A DNA stretch of 61,680 nt, counting the filler, from Choristocarpus tenellus KU-1152 (Eukaryota; Protista; Phaeophyceae), in NCBI GenBank assembly GCA_964200185.2. It is 8 parts of 8 records of this genome, joined end to end, with 100 filler letters (N's around TTAATTAATTAA, not from the genome) between each part and the next. Parts side by side here need not be neighbours in the genome. Positions count along the whole stretch, not along the records: positions 1 to 17,980 come from CAXNAD020000595.1; 7 more parts are not named here. One strand, given 5' to 3'. A program made the translations under genes and the position numbers. The notes under the pieces were generated by a model that did no database searches, was not told where the DNA came from, and was given only the letters and a program-made list of their open reading frames with translations. This document shows positions 1-14,100 of this stretch, piece after piece (the first letter of the stretch is position 1; each line of letters starts with the position of its first letter).

Positions 1-2974
1 AACAACCATCCTCATAGTCCTGCACCATCCTCAATTTTGAGAAAGACCTGTTAGTTCTGGATAGGTCAAGGAACCTTCATGTAGTATCATCTCCATAATT
101 ATCGTGTAATAATATCAGGTGGGTGTGCAGCGTTGAATCTTTTGGGAAAGAAAGTTGAGTTGTGGTTTGTTGCATTCAATGATCAAGTGAATGTATATGT
201 TGAATTGCTGAGGTTGTGGTGGGGTCATCATGATTGTACGAAGTAATGTTGTTGATGTAGAGTCAATGAACATTGCGATCTTCTGCAGTTAGTTGTACAA
301 TGCACTGGTGGATTTGCAGTAGGCAGGAAGCGACACCCCATAACTCTGAACAGTAACGATAGATAAGTTATGTGTTGTGTGTTCTTAAAGCAAAAACGGC
401 GAATATCGTACTTGAACATAAAATTGCAAAAAATGTATGATACCTGTTTTCATTATCACGTGTAACACAGAAAGAAAAAGATGCACACTAAGTAGTACAT
501 AGAATTAATACTAATAGATAATGGAGTTCTAGATCGATACTTCGAAATTGAACGTCTATATTTTGTCCAAAACATACATCAATCCATTTACTAATCAATC
601 AGCCACCTTGGAAGGCACATGTTCTTCAGGAATCAAGAAGATCCATCTCTATAAGAGAACCACAAGCCACAACAGTGTAGAATCACTTCAGGTTAAGATT
701 TAAATATGCTTAAGGCCTGACTTTCTTGAGGTCCTACATGCTTTGAATGACACTGACACACCGCCAGGTCCACTACATAAAGCTTTGCTCTCAACATAGC
801 AAATGCCTCGTATGCAGTATCGGATTTTGCAAGCAGGAGCTCACCAATTGTGCTTAGTCCTACAAAGAAAGTTATTCCTGTGAAGATTGGGTGAGAGCAT
901 ACTAAGGCAAGTGTCTGGGGCAAAAATGGAGGCTCCTGTTCATAGGGTCAGTTGTAGACAAAGAGGATGAGCAAATTTCAAAGAAAGACTCTAATGTTTG
1001 GTGAACTTATAGATGAAAACGGAAGCCAGGTGGACTGGAAAAGAACTAAATTTTAAATATGCCACCAAGACAATATTGAGGGACTTAGTATCATTGACGA
1101 GGGATGGTGCTCAGAGGCAACAAACCAACAGAGGTGGTTCGAGAGTGTGGTTGAAAGCACAACAAGCTTCACGGAAGAATGTCATTCCAGGGAAGTAGCA
1201 GTGATAGTACACGTATACAAATAACACGGAACGAAGTAGTACTAAGTAAGCAGCCCAAGGGAGATCAGAGGACATGCACACTTACCACTACGGAAAAATG
1301 TATATTTCTCACATCACTGTCTCTTTCAATTAGGATAGATTCTTCCAGCATCCTCCATTACTTTTATATGATATGCAATGAGTGGTGCTTCAGATTGGAT
1401 GAGCCCGGTGCAACAGTGAAATATCATTTTCCCCTCCTATTTCACACGGTGATATATTTACAAATCTAGTGGCATCCTTTCTCAAGCATTGGGTGTTAGA
1501 GTGTTACGCCGGGTGGGGTTTTCTCCATAACAAGACTTGAGTAATTAATAATTTCTCTCTGATGTTTTCTTCCTTTCTTCTATAGTACCTTGCGTTTTCT
1601 CAAGCCTTGTATATTTCTCTCCTCTGACTAGACGAATAAGAAGAATAAGAATATCTCCCCACAAAAAGGTATCATGTAGTTATCATGCACGACTAGTGTT
1701 GGATATTTGAAGCTAATATGAGATGCACACCCCATCCCTTTTACCTGCAGTCAAACAATTTTGCCAAATATTTTTGAGAGGATGATGGTCCAGAAGGCGT
1801 CTTGCTTGATTTTATGCTGTCTGACAGGGTCAGTACCTGTGAAGCTTTTAATAGAGTAGTTCGGAAATCCCTGTTAATTACTCACTGTGAAGGTCAAAGA
1901 ACAGACGCCACAGGTACAAATATACGTCTAGTCAGGTGGTCTCCATCTGACAAGAAATCCCCCCTGAAGATTCCACTCCTACCTCTTTCCCCCTGGTACA
2001 GTTGGAGCACCTTGGCTGCTAACTGGTAAAACTAATACTCCTCTTTCCCCCAAGCACAGCCCACAAATCACCCCCGTATGCCTTTCCTCCTGGTGCTCCT
2101 GAAGCACTGTGGTTGCTTAGTTGTGAGTCCTCTCAACCCTTCTCTTCCCCCTAAATAAATGGGTTTACCGAGGCACACATGGCAGCTGTTCCTTTCCTCC
2201 TGGAGCTGGCGAGGAGAGTGACCGCTGACTGGCGGAGCTTCTCCTCATCTTTCCCCCTCTCTTCATCTTTCCCCCCTGGTACAGCTTCCTACTGTTTCTC
2301 ATGCAAATGTATGTACGTGTAGGAGCCCTGCAGTATCACATCCTGGTCACAGAAGGTCGGCAATAGTTTTGGTTGAGGCAAGTAAGACAGAGGGATAATT
2401 GCCTACAAATCCGACTTTCTGACCTTTTGGGGGGGCCTTATCTCACTTAAATAACGAGTGCAAACAGAGGGGTAAACAAAGCCAGACGCCCAACGAACAA
2501 CATTTAGCGTGGGTACGGAGTGCAAACCAAGGGAAGTATCCCCCAGAAATGCTTGCCTGCTCGGAAGAGCACGGCAACGGAAAGTACCACCAAACGATGC
2601 CTGCCTCTGGCTAGGGCTTTGGAACACTGAAGAGAATACTTAAGTCGCCGTCATACACTGTAGGGAACGACTCTGACGGCACGTACCTTGGTGCCCAGAA
2701 GACAGGGTAGGTAGGACTTATCTATACTCCATTTTGTTTTGAATTTACGACTTCGTCCAACACCAAAAGACTAAATACTGCATGGAGTTTTTAAATATGA
2801 AAAATATGTCAAATTATTTTGTTCTTGTGTGGTTTTATGATAATGGTATGTCCATACTTCCTGCTAGGGTGTGCCTGAGCTCTGCCCAATTTTGCTCTTT
2901 GTAAGCTCGCTGCAGCTCGACCGCTGTTCAAGGATCAGATCTACCGTCCTTCCAGAATAATCCACTGTTCTTCC

Positions 2975-5900
2975 ATGGGTGATCAAAATCTCAACAGTGA
3001 GCAAATCGCAGCATTGAACGAACTCCGAACTTCGTTTCCTCTGGACAGAGATTCAAATGGCTTGCCTCTTGATGACTCCTGTCTTATGCGGTATCTTCGC
3101 GCGAGGAACTGGAACGTGAGCAAGGCGGGGAAGATGCTCTCGGCAACCCTAGACTGGAGAAGGAACTTTGGAGTTGAAAAGGTGTGTTTGGAGGTTGTGG
3201 ATGAAATTCCACCTCTCTGGAATGTTTTTTTGAATTTGCCTTGTGCAGTGAAATCTCCTTGTGTGTTACTCAAACGTCTGGCGAAGAAGTGCAAAAGTCA
3301 CTGTCGAAGGTAGACGCTTTTTCCTCTTGTCAGAGAAGGGTTGAGTTGATTTGATGGATCTGGATGCACCCTTGAACTCTTGTTGTAAGGGTTGTTTTTT
3401 GGGCAGTTGAACTTGAACCTGTCGCTGTTCGTGCTCGTACATGTCGTGCCTGCGTTTTTGTCTTGCCTCAAATACTACTTGTCCATATTGCTTATATCGA
3501 CACATAAGGCGTTCATCCTCTCATAGGTCCTCAATGAAGAAGGAGATGTGATAGCACGTGAAAACTCAACTGGTAAGATATACCTTCGTGGATACGACAA
3601 GGCAGGTCGACCAATCATGATCATGAGACCTCGATGCGAGAACACAAAAAATCACGATGGCAACATCAAGCATCTGGTGTACCAGGTGAGAAGAGAATGT
3701 TGCACGATTTCCACTGTGAGAGGGGTGCCCTTGATAAGTTTAAGCTCTACTCGAGAATGAGCCACCATCACGAAGGTGGCTTCTATCAAAGTGATCATAC
3801 ATCCAGTCATTTAATAACCCCAAAAATCTCCATCACCACGTCAGTGGACCCTGCTAAGGAAATTACCTATGATGGTCATTCTCAGTGTTACCGCCACTCG
3901 TTCATGTCATGTGGAGCTGCACTCACTGTAGACAAAGAAATTTCTTGCCTGCAAATCTGTTGTGCAGATCGGTTGCTTGTTTTTACAAGTAATTTTGGGT
4001 GTTCGTATTTTATTGTCTTATATTACATGCGCAGGGTGATATCATTGAAGTGTTTTTCTTTTTTTAAAGAGACGTTTTAGTCTCAGTGTGTGACATTACA
4101 CCTCTCTCTAAGAGGGCTCTGCGTCAGTGGAAGTTTTTAGCCTCACTGGAATAGCTTCTCGCCCACAGCTTGTTTCTGCAGATAAGCACACACAAGTCTT
4201 TCTGAATGCTGTAAAAAACATGCTAAGAGGAGAGTACAGGCACACAAGATGGAATATTATGGTGCACCGTAGTGTACATTCCTAACGTTACTGCTTGTGC
4301 GGTATCCCTCAACCAGGTGCGGTGACAGTGTATCGCTCGTCGATTTGTGTACGAAATCCGTGAGTTGGCCCAGATCGCCTGGCCATCATGCTGATGCTTT
4401 TTGTTTACTGAGTCAGCGTTGACCTCATTGCTTCTGAGTCAGTCTTACACTACTTTCCACCGGCTGTGATCTTACACTAGTAGACAAACACAAAATTGAA
4501 GGATTGTAGACTCCAAAAAGAAGCACAGCAAAGCTTTGTGAGTTTGTTCAATTTTCTCATTTACTCGAAGCTGTATCAGGCAACTCTTCAGTTTTGTCTT
4601 CATGTGCTGACAGGGGGGAGACAGGTCATACTGGCAATCCTAATCCATTCTGCCATGCATTCAGTATTGTTACTGTGTGACTACCAGTCTGAGATTGTAT
4701 CACCTGGTTTGAACCCAATTTCAAGACATTTTCCACACAATGCACCCCAGACCCATGCGACAACCTCCTGCCTGCACCAAAGAACCTCAATGTCTTGTTC
4801 ACATTGTTGCTGGTCGTTCTCATGTAAACCGGGTTGGCTGAATGCTCCCAGTGAAGCACCTATAAATTGTAGTAACAATAACAATAATAATCATAATTTA
4901 AGTATTGATTATAATAATCATAATAATACCTACAGATGGAGCGAGCAAGGACAATTCTCCAGGACGAGGGAGGGGGGAAGGGGAAGATGTGCTTGGCTAT
5001 TGATTTTGGGGGATACTCTATGTTCAATGCGACCCCAATGAAGACCAGCAAGGAAACTCTTAACATTTTGCAAAACCACTACCCGGAGACCCTTGGGGTA
5101 GCTTACATGTTAAGCCCGCCTCTGCTCTTTAAGGGGTTCTGGAATGTGAGAAGCGATGGTGTACTGTCCCCTTGTGTGCCTGTGATGGCGTTGATGCCTC
5201 TCCCTCTATTGTGGTAGAGAGGGGTGAGTGGGTCGGTAGCCCTAACCCTGATTTTTTGTGGCACTCCGACTCTGTTCAATTTGATTTGTTCGTATTTTGT
5301 AGCATCTCTACTGGTGTGGTGATGTGGAGCTGTGTGTCGCTTGTCAGTTTCTGTCTGCGGTTGGAGGGCGCTGGGAGGTCCATCTTTATTTTTTTGGAGG
5401 GGGGGAGAGGATGAATATATACATTACGGAACGATCTCGGAACTGTACTTTGTTGGTATCCTCATTTTCACAATAGATTTATTGCAACACGCTTGCTATT
5501 ATTTTATTTTTGTTTCTTAGTGTCATTGTTGTCTGCCTTGGTCTTAGTGGCTTAGAACCCTGTGTTCAAAAGGCGGGCAGAGGAGAAGCAGCAAGGAAAG
5601 TATTTGAAGTAGTTGATAGCATACTTGACACCAATACAGAAAAAAAAATAGATTGGAATGTCCTGTATTCTAGTAGTGCATTGTTTGACCGTTTTAATTC
5701 TACGCTGAATGCCTGTGGTAGTCTACACCCTTTCTAAAGCGGGTTCAATGTGATCCTAGTTGCTTTCCCACTCAATACCAATGGCACTGTGCTATCGTGC
5801 ACCTAATGTGTTGAAGGCGTGCACAAGTGTGTGTGTGTGTGTGTGTGTGTGCCATCTTAGCATTGGTTCGTCTCGTTGATGTGATATGTTGGAGATGATG

Positions 5901-7359
5901 CCTGCTCCCTGATTTTGACAGGTAATTTACCCTTTCATTGATCCGACCACCAAAGAGAAGTTCATGTTTGTGAGTGGATCCCTCACCACCCCTACCGCGC
6001 AGGAGGCGTTGGCAAAAAACTTTATCTTGGACAGCATGGAGGAGGTGAGGTATCTTTTTTTCTTTCATCGTTAGAATAAAATTTTATTATTATTTTTAGG
6101 TCTGCTTCATTTCCTCTCGATTTTAACATTCACACATCTATTGGATATCGAATCTGTACTTCGAGGTAGGAATCTGCTTTTTAATCTTTTACCCATTCTT
6201 TTTTTTTAATCTATCATTACAGTTACTTTTTTTTTTTTTTTGGTAGGATGTACGGAGTGAGTGCAGTGCTGCATTGTGCACGGGATGTGCAGAGAGGTTT
6301 TGAAAGGTGCTAATTCTCAGGAAAGTAGTTTGTTAATGTGCGAGTAGAGTCTCCTTTGCCTTGATTGAGAGAGCGCAATCACGGATCTCAAAGGAGGGTG
6401 TTGAGCTGCACGTATATATATATATATACACATACTCATGTTCACCTTTTTGTGTCATGACCGGTGCACCTGTCAGGTGATTTTTTTTGCATGTGATGTA
6501 AGATCATTTCTACCACTTTTTTAATGCACAAGATTTATTTTTTTTCCCCATGTTGTTGTCGATCTGTTCGGGGCTAGGGTTGTGCCAAGTATTAGCGGTA
6601 CTAGTGCAACCCTTCAGTTTCTCGCCCTTAAGACTTGGTTCCTGGTGTTCAAAGGTAGGGGATGCATGCGCTGGTATAATCTGGTCACGAACACAATGCC
6701 CAGATTTTAGAGTTAGGGTTATAGGGTTAGGGTTACACTTTGCCGGTTTGAAAGTACAGGACAGGTGACAAACACAGCACCCAATGTATGCATTGCCTAG
6801 GTTATGATCTTCCACGACATGTTACTGGAAATGAGTTGAATTGTTTGAAAGAGATCTCATGTCTGAACTGGGCAGGGCCGAGCAGGCAGTTGTCATTTAT
6901 CGTTAGGTAGGGTTGAGTGAACACTGGGTTGTGATGTATGCCCACGGTGCTCTAAAATGAGCAAATGTAGTGCTAGCATTATGTGTTTTGAGTGCCATCA
7001 CAAGCATTTGAGACACGATTGTGTCGAATTCAAATCGTTTGTGCTCTTGAGTCCTTGGTAAGAGCAAGCTAGCGCAGTGAGTACACCACCCCTTTTGTTG
7101 TCAGTACCCAGGAGTTGAGGTTCTGATGAGACACCATCCGATACATGCTTCACATTAATCCAACTCTAACTCCTCACCCTCACCACCCTCTGTTGATGCA
7201 CTCCTCCTGCCTTTCGAAAATAATTACACTCCTCGATACCAGAGTCTAGGAGGCAAGAACAAGGTGCCATTCGACTCAGCAACGTACTTAAAGTCGCAGA
7301 TGAATGAAGAGTATGAAGCTGCCTTGGCTTCCAGTTCACCACCAGCTGCAAATAGTTGA
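2975..7359 (+). CDS. Sec14/CRAL-TRIO lipid (phosphatidylinositol) transfer protein, complete, 5 exons: 2975-3181, 3527-3685, 4936-5145, 5922-6044, 7243-7359 (271 aa)
   Basis: The exons join in frame across GT-AG introns (all phase 0) from ATG to TGA. Motifs: DDSCLMRYLRARNWNVSKAGKMLSATLDWRR (CRAL-TRIO N), GKIYLRGYDKAGRPI, LQNHYPETLG, FWNVIYPFIDPTTKEKF, EESLGG..FD...YL. Confidence 0.93.
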
Positions 7360-10300
7360 GAGAGTAGGGCTTAAAAATTGAGGAATGGAATGCAGTTTGT
7401 CAAACCTGATTGTGCGGGTCTTGTTCCTGCTGTATGAAGTATTTGTTGCCATGAACCTCTTGGGGGGAGTAATGGCAAGGTTAGTGTGGCAGTGTTTCAA
7501 CTGGTGGGGCTCACTCTCCTGGAAGGGATGTCAAGCATGGTGTAGGTGTCTCTTTGGATGAACATATGCTTGCCTGGTTGTGAGAACAGAGGCGATTCAG
7601 CCTCCTCTTAAGTACATAGATGTGCCACATTTTGGTCTTGAGAATTGCCTCCATCAAATATATATATGTGTATGTTACATCAGGTCTCTCAAAGTTTAGA
7701 AGAGTAGATATTTGAGAACACACTCTACACACTCAGACTTGCTTTTTGAAGTATGAGGTACCCCACCACCTTATCCAGCTTTGGTGTGATGGTTGTGTCG
7801 ATTTGCTAGCCTCCCTTGTATTTTATACCTCATTGATCAGTGCTGTGTGCTTTAGCATTGCTGTTATGACCAAGACTAGGGGGTAGGGGGGTATGGGTAG
7901 GGGAGAAGACCAGCAGGAACGAAATGTTGCCCAGAGCAGTTGACATACATGATGCATTTTTGGTAACTCGAAAATGCAAAGGTGAATTGCCTGTTTAGAA
8001 ACTGTTTCAAGGTGTCAGTGCTGACAATATTTCTTTTGTGTACCTGTGTAGCCAACCTGTGCCCGTGCATGAATGAGGAATTTGGCAGAGCGTGCGTTGT
8101 GTTCATGGTGGATTACATGGAAGGCGTTATGCCTATGTGAACTCCTCTCAGTATGATATGTTTTGTTGATTTGCTTTTATTTGCAGCAAAGAAGAAATTC
8201 TAGTTCTATGTAGTTTTGTGTGTTTCTGCTTTTAGTGGGATGTGCGTTGTATGCGTTCGTTTAAGACTTGAGACTTGATAGGCAACTTTTGCTACCCGGA
8301 TTGAAAATCACTTGGTGCTTTGGGTTTTTTTCGAGTCCAATAATACTAGCACCACAGTTAACATCTGTGTGTGTTCGAAATTGGGAGTTCTACTCTGGAG
8401 TAGGTGGCGTAATTTAATCTGTAACACATTTCAACTTGAACGTATATCGAGGCATACTTTCTTACAGAGTAGCCCGTAGGTTTCTTCCACAATACAATAT
8501 GGAATTTCGAGTGACGTGATTCATGATTCCAGTTCTTCTGGGTAAAAGGTTGGATACGGCGTATCCGTGTCTGCTGCAGTTCGACAAGCAGCAGAGGCTC
8601 ATCACAGTGCCAAATAAAATCAACTCGACTGTTTGGTCCTGGCGTATTCCCTGCCAACTGAAGGACTGTCCGATGTCTACAATGACCATGTGTAAAATCA
8701 AGAATTATTCTTTATATCATAGTATGTTCAAACTACCTATGATTCACAGTCGGCGCGTGTTGTGGCCGATCACGGAATCGTGTCCTACATCACCCCATAC
8801 ATGTTTTCATGACAACAGAGGGCCACCCCACCTATTTGTTGCGTTATGATTGCAGAGGATTGAAGGGACGCCTTAGAAGTAGGAAAGTTCTTACGTTGTA
8901 CCTGCTTTTGATTTCCCCTTACACTAGAAATAATACACTCTCTCCCAATTTTGAGACCTCCCCTCTCTGGATTTATTTAACTTCAATACTAAATAAAGTA
9001 CAGTCTATATATGCAAGTAAAATATATACTATACAATGCACTATGTGAGAAAATTGTGAGTTATTATTATATTTTTCTATCGTCTAGTTTTAACACACAC
9101 CTGTTACAGGGTAGAAGTCTCAGTAGGACCTCCATGTTAGAGCGTGCCCCTGAACTCACCTCCACAGACAGGATTTTTAACTCAAATCCAACGACCTTAA
9201 AACGACGCTATGGGGGCGTTGTCCTTGGTAACAGTTTGTATGGTGTCAGGTAGCCTTCTCTGCTGACATTCCACTCAGTGCTAGCTCAAAGCCCGACTCA
9301 AAGTTTCGTTCAAGATAAAAGGACTGGTAAGAGGGGTAAAAGTGTTCACTAAAAGCCATCTTATCTTCCCATCTACCTACTCCTGTGCCCCTGGGGGGCT
9401 TATTGTTTTCTTAATCCACCCAACTTCTTGGGTCTTCTATGCAACTGCTCTGTACGTACTCTAATCATAAACCTTCTTCTGCAACTTCTTAGGAACTTTG
9501 ACATTTTTGTTCTGTAATGATGTGTATGCACTCCGAATCTTACTCTGTTTCTTCTATAAAATCGGCATTTATTCTGTAGGGCTATCTATGTGTTACTAAT
9601 AATACCGTATATTGTTCGCACTTGTTAGAACGCGAGAAACAATCCTCGCACTATTCGTCAGTCACAAACATTCGTGTTTGCTAAGGCATGAGAAGAAATG
9701 CTCGCGCTATTCGCGTGTAATAAATGCTCGCACTTTGTTAGAACACAAGAAATATTCGCGCTATTCACCTGTGACACACCTTCATAAAAAATGTCACAAG
9801 CATCACTCTAAAAAAATGCAACCAGACTGCTCATCATTAGTCTAAACTTCATCTTCTTAAATTCAATTTGTTTAGACTATCACTATGAGATGTGGATGGA
9901 TGCAAAAATATCTCTATTTACGTTGTAAGTGGTGTTACGTTGTTTCGATTTTTTAGATTTTTGTCATTCCGTCCAGCTGAACGCTGCTGGGGTTCCCATG
10001 TCTATTCTCCAGAAAAGAGAGGCTTCCCTTGACTAATCAGCTTCCTGGCAAAATACCTTCTCGGTGGTTTTAGTACATGATTTCTTCCCTCTCAACAAAT
10101 GGCAGACTCCACTACGCTGAAACTACAGTCTGTATGAAGTAATAGCAAAGAAAAAAAATGTCAAAGAAATGCATCATGACAAAACACCTGCACTATATAT
10201 AAATCGACCAGTGTACTCCTTGCAAGGATAGGACATCAAGCACTGTAAATGTTACATATGCATGCAGCATGTGAATCTCAATGTGCCTGCCTAACAAGGG

Positions 10301-11105
10301 ACTATGTGTATCAACACCCCCTCTTGGTGTGTAGAAGGACATCTGTCTGTCGTGGTGTGTGACATCGTGTAGAAAAGTTAATCCATCCTTTCCATGTACC
10401 TTACACATTTGGTATCACCATCAGAAGTAGCAGTAGCAGTGTAGTGCGAATTAAAAGCAAGTTAATCGATTCACGAATTCTTGCAGCTGAAGGCAGGGCA
10501 AGAAAGTAGCATGATCACTGCAATCCTTTCAGAATACAACCTGTCGCTTGTCTCTTTCTCTGTGGAGCACAAGGTTTCCACTGAAAGTGGCACAACAGAC
10601 ATAAAATTGTGCGAACTAAGGGAAACAGTACCGAGACTGCAAAAAAGGGAGGGTGAGCAGGAGGTCACTCAGTCAAGGAAGCATTGCAGGGTAGAAAACT
10701 AACCAATGCGGGATTTGTGAGTATACCTAAAACAAATCAAATAAGAGAAATATACTCCAACAGATACTGCCCTTGAGACAACGCAAAATAGTTGTTGCTC
10801 CTTCATGCCACCAAGTATTCCAAACATGCCTGACTCTGCTCATCCGTACATACAAAAGTATCAACAAGGTGGAATGGCATACTTCAGGTGAGGCGTTGTC
10901 AATTTTCACAACTCTAGAGTAGTACACTACTTTTCCAAACAAAGTTTAATCCTGTCACCAACACAATCAAACCAGATCTTGCATCTACTGACTGCTACTC
11001 CAACGTAGCAGACATATACTACAGCAAATGATAGATATTAGGTTACCAGCAACAAGCAATTTACACAAGAAAAGGGGTTAGGGTCAGATCAACAATTCCT
11101 CTCGA

Positions 11106-14100
11106 TCAGGTGAAGTCGTGTGTGGTACCATCAGCCAGAGTAAGCTCCCCCTTTCCTTGGAAAGATATGTTGTCCTCAGACCAATCCCCCTCAAAACGCT
11201 CTCCATTGGCAAAAACACATATTCCAACGCCAGATCGTAATCCTTCTACCCACCTGTCCAAGCAAGTAGAGCATAGCAACAAAGATGGTCATGTTGGGAA
11301 AGAACATCATAAGCAAGATCTCACAGCACAGAAGAAGAGCAAATAATGGTTAAATCAAACTTGTACGAAGTGCAGTCTCCTCTTTTCGTCATGAATATAT
11401 TCAAATCTTTTGTCATGAATATATTCGAATCTTTTCGTCATGAATATATTCAAATCTTTTGTCATGAATATATTCGAATCTTTTCGTCATGAATATATTC
11501 GAATCGTTTGTCATGAATACATTTGAATCTTTTGTCATGAATATATTCGAATCTTTTCGTCATGAATATATTCGAATCGTTTGTCATGAATACATTCGAA
11601 TCGTTTGACATGAATATATTCGAATCTTTTGTCATGAATATATTCGAATCTTTTCGTCATGAATACATTCGAATCTTTTGTCATGAATATATTCGAATCT
11701 TTTCGTCATGAATATATTCGAATCGTTTGTCATGAATACATTCGAATCGTTTGACATGAATATATTCGAATCTTTTCGTCATGAATATATTCGAATCATT
11801 TGTCATGAATACATTCGAATCGTTTGACATGAATATATTCGAATCTTTTCGTCATGAATATATTCGAATCGTTTGTCATGAATATATTCGAATCTTTTGT
11901 CATGGATATATTCGAATCGTTTGTCCTTCCCACTCACAGTCACAAATAAATCCTCTACAGGTATCCCACACTCTCCTCCAAGAACCTCCCGGTTCCTCAG
12001 CTGGTGACCTCAACTACCCCCCTAAAGGAAGCGTTTCCTGCAACAGGTCTCAGCTTCAATGTGACCAAATTTAGTATGTGCAACATAAATATATAAGAAC
12101 GGACTGACTAGGTTGGCCCCCTTACACCTCAAGCCTCAATTTCAACACTAGGCGGACTATTATCAACAGTCATACTGAATGCACAATCCGTCTTCCTGCG
12201 ATTAACTGTAGGAAATCATACCATACCTCCAGACAACACCCTCATACCATACTCCGGGAGAGCCAAAGTAAAAACGAGAGATACCCAGGTCGCATTCTAA
12301 CGAGGACAAATATGTGAAAAATTCGGCTTCTTGGACAAATGCGTATAGGGAGTTTTTCCTTAGTTATCCTGAAATATCCCGAAATTTTTCAAGGAACAGA
12401 GACATCAATAGTCTCAAGTCAGCGATAGCACTTCATCTATTGAGATAAGGGTGAACTGCAAAAAAATAAAAAATAAAAAGTAAAAAATTGGCTTAGGATG
12501 CAAAACGGCCAAAGTCTGAGTACCCCTTGTCTACTTTGGCTCTGGAGCAACATAATGGCAAGTCAAACAACCCCCTTCTTCCACAGCACACCACACACAT
12601 TGCTCGTACGTGTTGTGCACAACAACATCGATTATTAATGCGTATACAACCACAACTACTCTACATCAGACACACAGAAAAACATAATATGCAGTGTGAT
12701 GTGTTTACTTGAACCTGAAACTGTATGCCCCCACACACAAAAAGCAAAACGATGTACTATTGCTTCTACAAAAAAAACTAAATTCTTCACAATCACTCAA
12801 GAGTCACTTAATACCCCAACATTACAGTATGACATAGTACCCTCCAAAATAGAGTAACATACTCCGTAAGGAGAAGAATCTCAAAATAAGACATAACATT
12901 GACTAGTCCTTTCCTATCATCCAGGAAGCACAACTCAGGTATTGCTCTCGAAACCCTGCTGCAAAACGTGCTTCAACATTCCCAAGCTTACCCCCCTGTG
13001 AACACATCTCCATTGGAGTACTTGCAGGTCCCTTGGCCGTGTGGCAAACCCCCTTTGACCTGACCCAAGAAGTGGTTACCGTTAGAAAACCTAATCCGCC
13101 ACTCCACCTATAGTCACAACGATGATTACAGGTCAGAATGAAGAGAGGAAAGGTGCAGGGCAGAGGGGTCAAGCCTGAGGTTGGAGCACGGCGTAGATAG
13201 TCATACTAGTTGACACCTTCACTATGAAACCACCCACCTCGTCTTCCTTTGGCCTTGACTTTTCCCACTCTCCCTCCAATACATCTCCAGCGAGGGTGGT
13301 TATTGAGCCCACACCGTGCCTTACCCCTCCATGAAATACACCTATTGATCAAGCACGCACAAAAGAGAAAACCACAACAGCAAATAAAACAAAAGAGCAC
13401 CACGACAAGGACAAAGAATCAGAAAAAAATAAAAAAAACGTAACGGTCAACCCAACCGTTACATGCAAAAAAGATAATAGTGTTCACTTGCACCAATGTC
13501 ATCCAACACCTCTCATTGTCCAACTCTGTGTTAAACAACATACTACATCTGAGTAGTACACATTATGATCATGTCTTGTACATATGCAGTACTTAAATAC
13601 ATGTACTCCTCTATCTCTTCACACTTTTCGAGACGCACGTATGATATAAGTGGACTTCTAGTACAGTTGACGGTGAGGTAGGGTTAGGGCCGTGAGAGAA
13701 ACCGACAACGATACAGCAGTCACAGCTTACACTGTCACCAAATTAGTCCACACCGTCATACCGGCACGTCAACCCGCCTACATTTCAGTCAGCATTACTT
13801 TCCAATTCCTCAGGAAAATCGGAAAGCCCAGTGCATTTTACACCCCTCCCTACTTACATCCCCTGCCAAGAAGAAGAAGAAGAAGAAGCGTTCTGATGTA
13901 AACGGACACAATAAATGGAAAAAAACAAAAAGCACCTTGGACACTGATTGGTACGCTACTGTTCTAATCACAATAAAAGCGCACCAATGGTAATTTTAAC
14001 CTCTTGTGCGATCGAAGTCTCTGGATAAGTTCACTTCCAATTAGACCCTTTCATGCTCAACCTTACACACTTGAGGTACCACGTGGTACGGGGGTACTCT

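Noticed and set aside
693-923. Possible Copia integrase remnant (LLAKSDTAYEAF)
   Set aside because: A single weak motif with no supporting neighbours.
2403-2720. CpG-richer segment as an snRNA or divergent exon
   Set aside because: No match to snRNA or tRNA consensus; more likely promoter or 5' region.
9978-10037. Terminal-exon-like segment LNAAGVPMSILQKREASLD*
   Set aside because: No upstream exons assignable; the Sec14 gene already ends at 7359.
10400-10702. CA-TTTGGTATCA PBS-like site plus short ORF
   Set aside because: No identifiable LTR or gag motif.
11381-11924. CRISPR-like array of palindromic repeats
   Set aside because: No unique spacers, no cas genes, and it lies in a eukaryotic intron.
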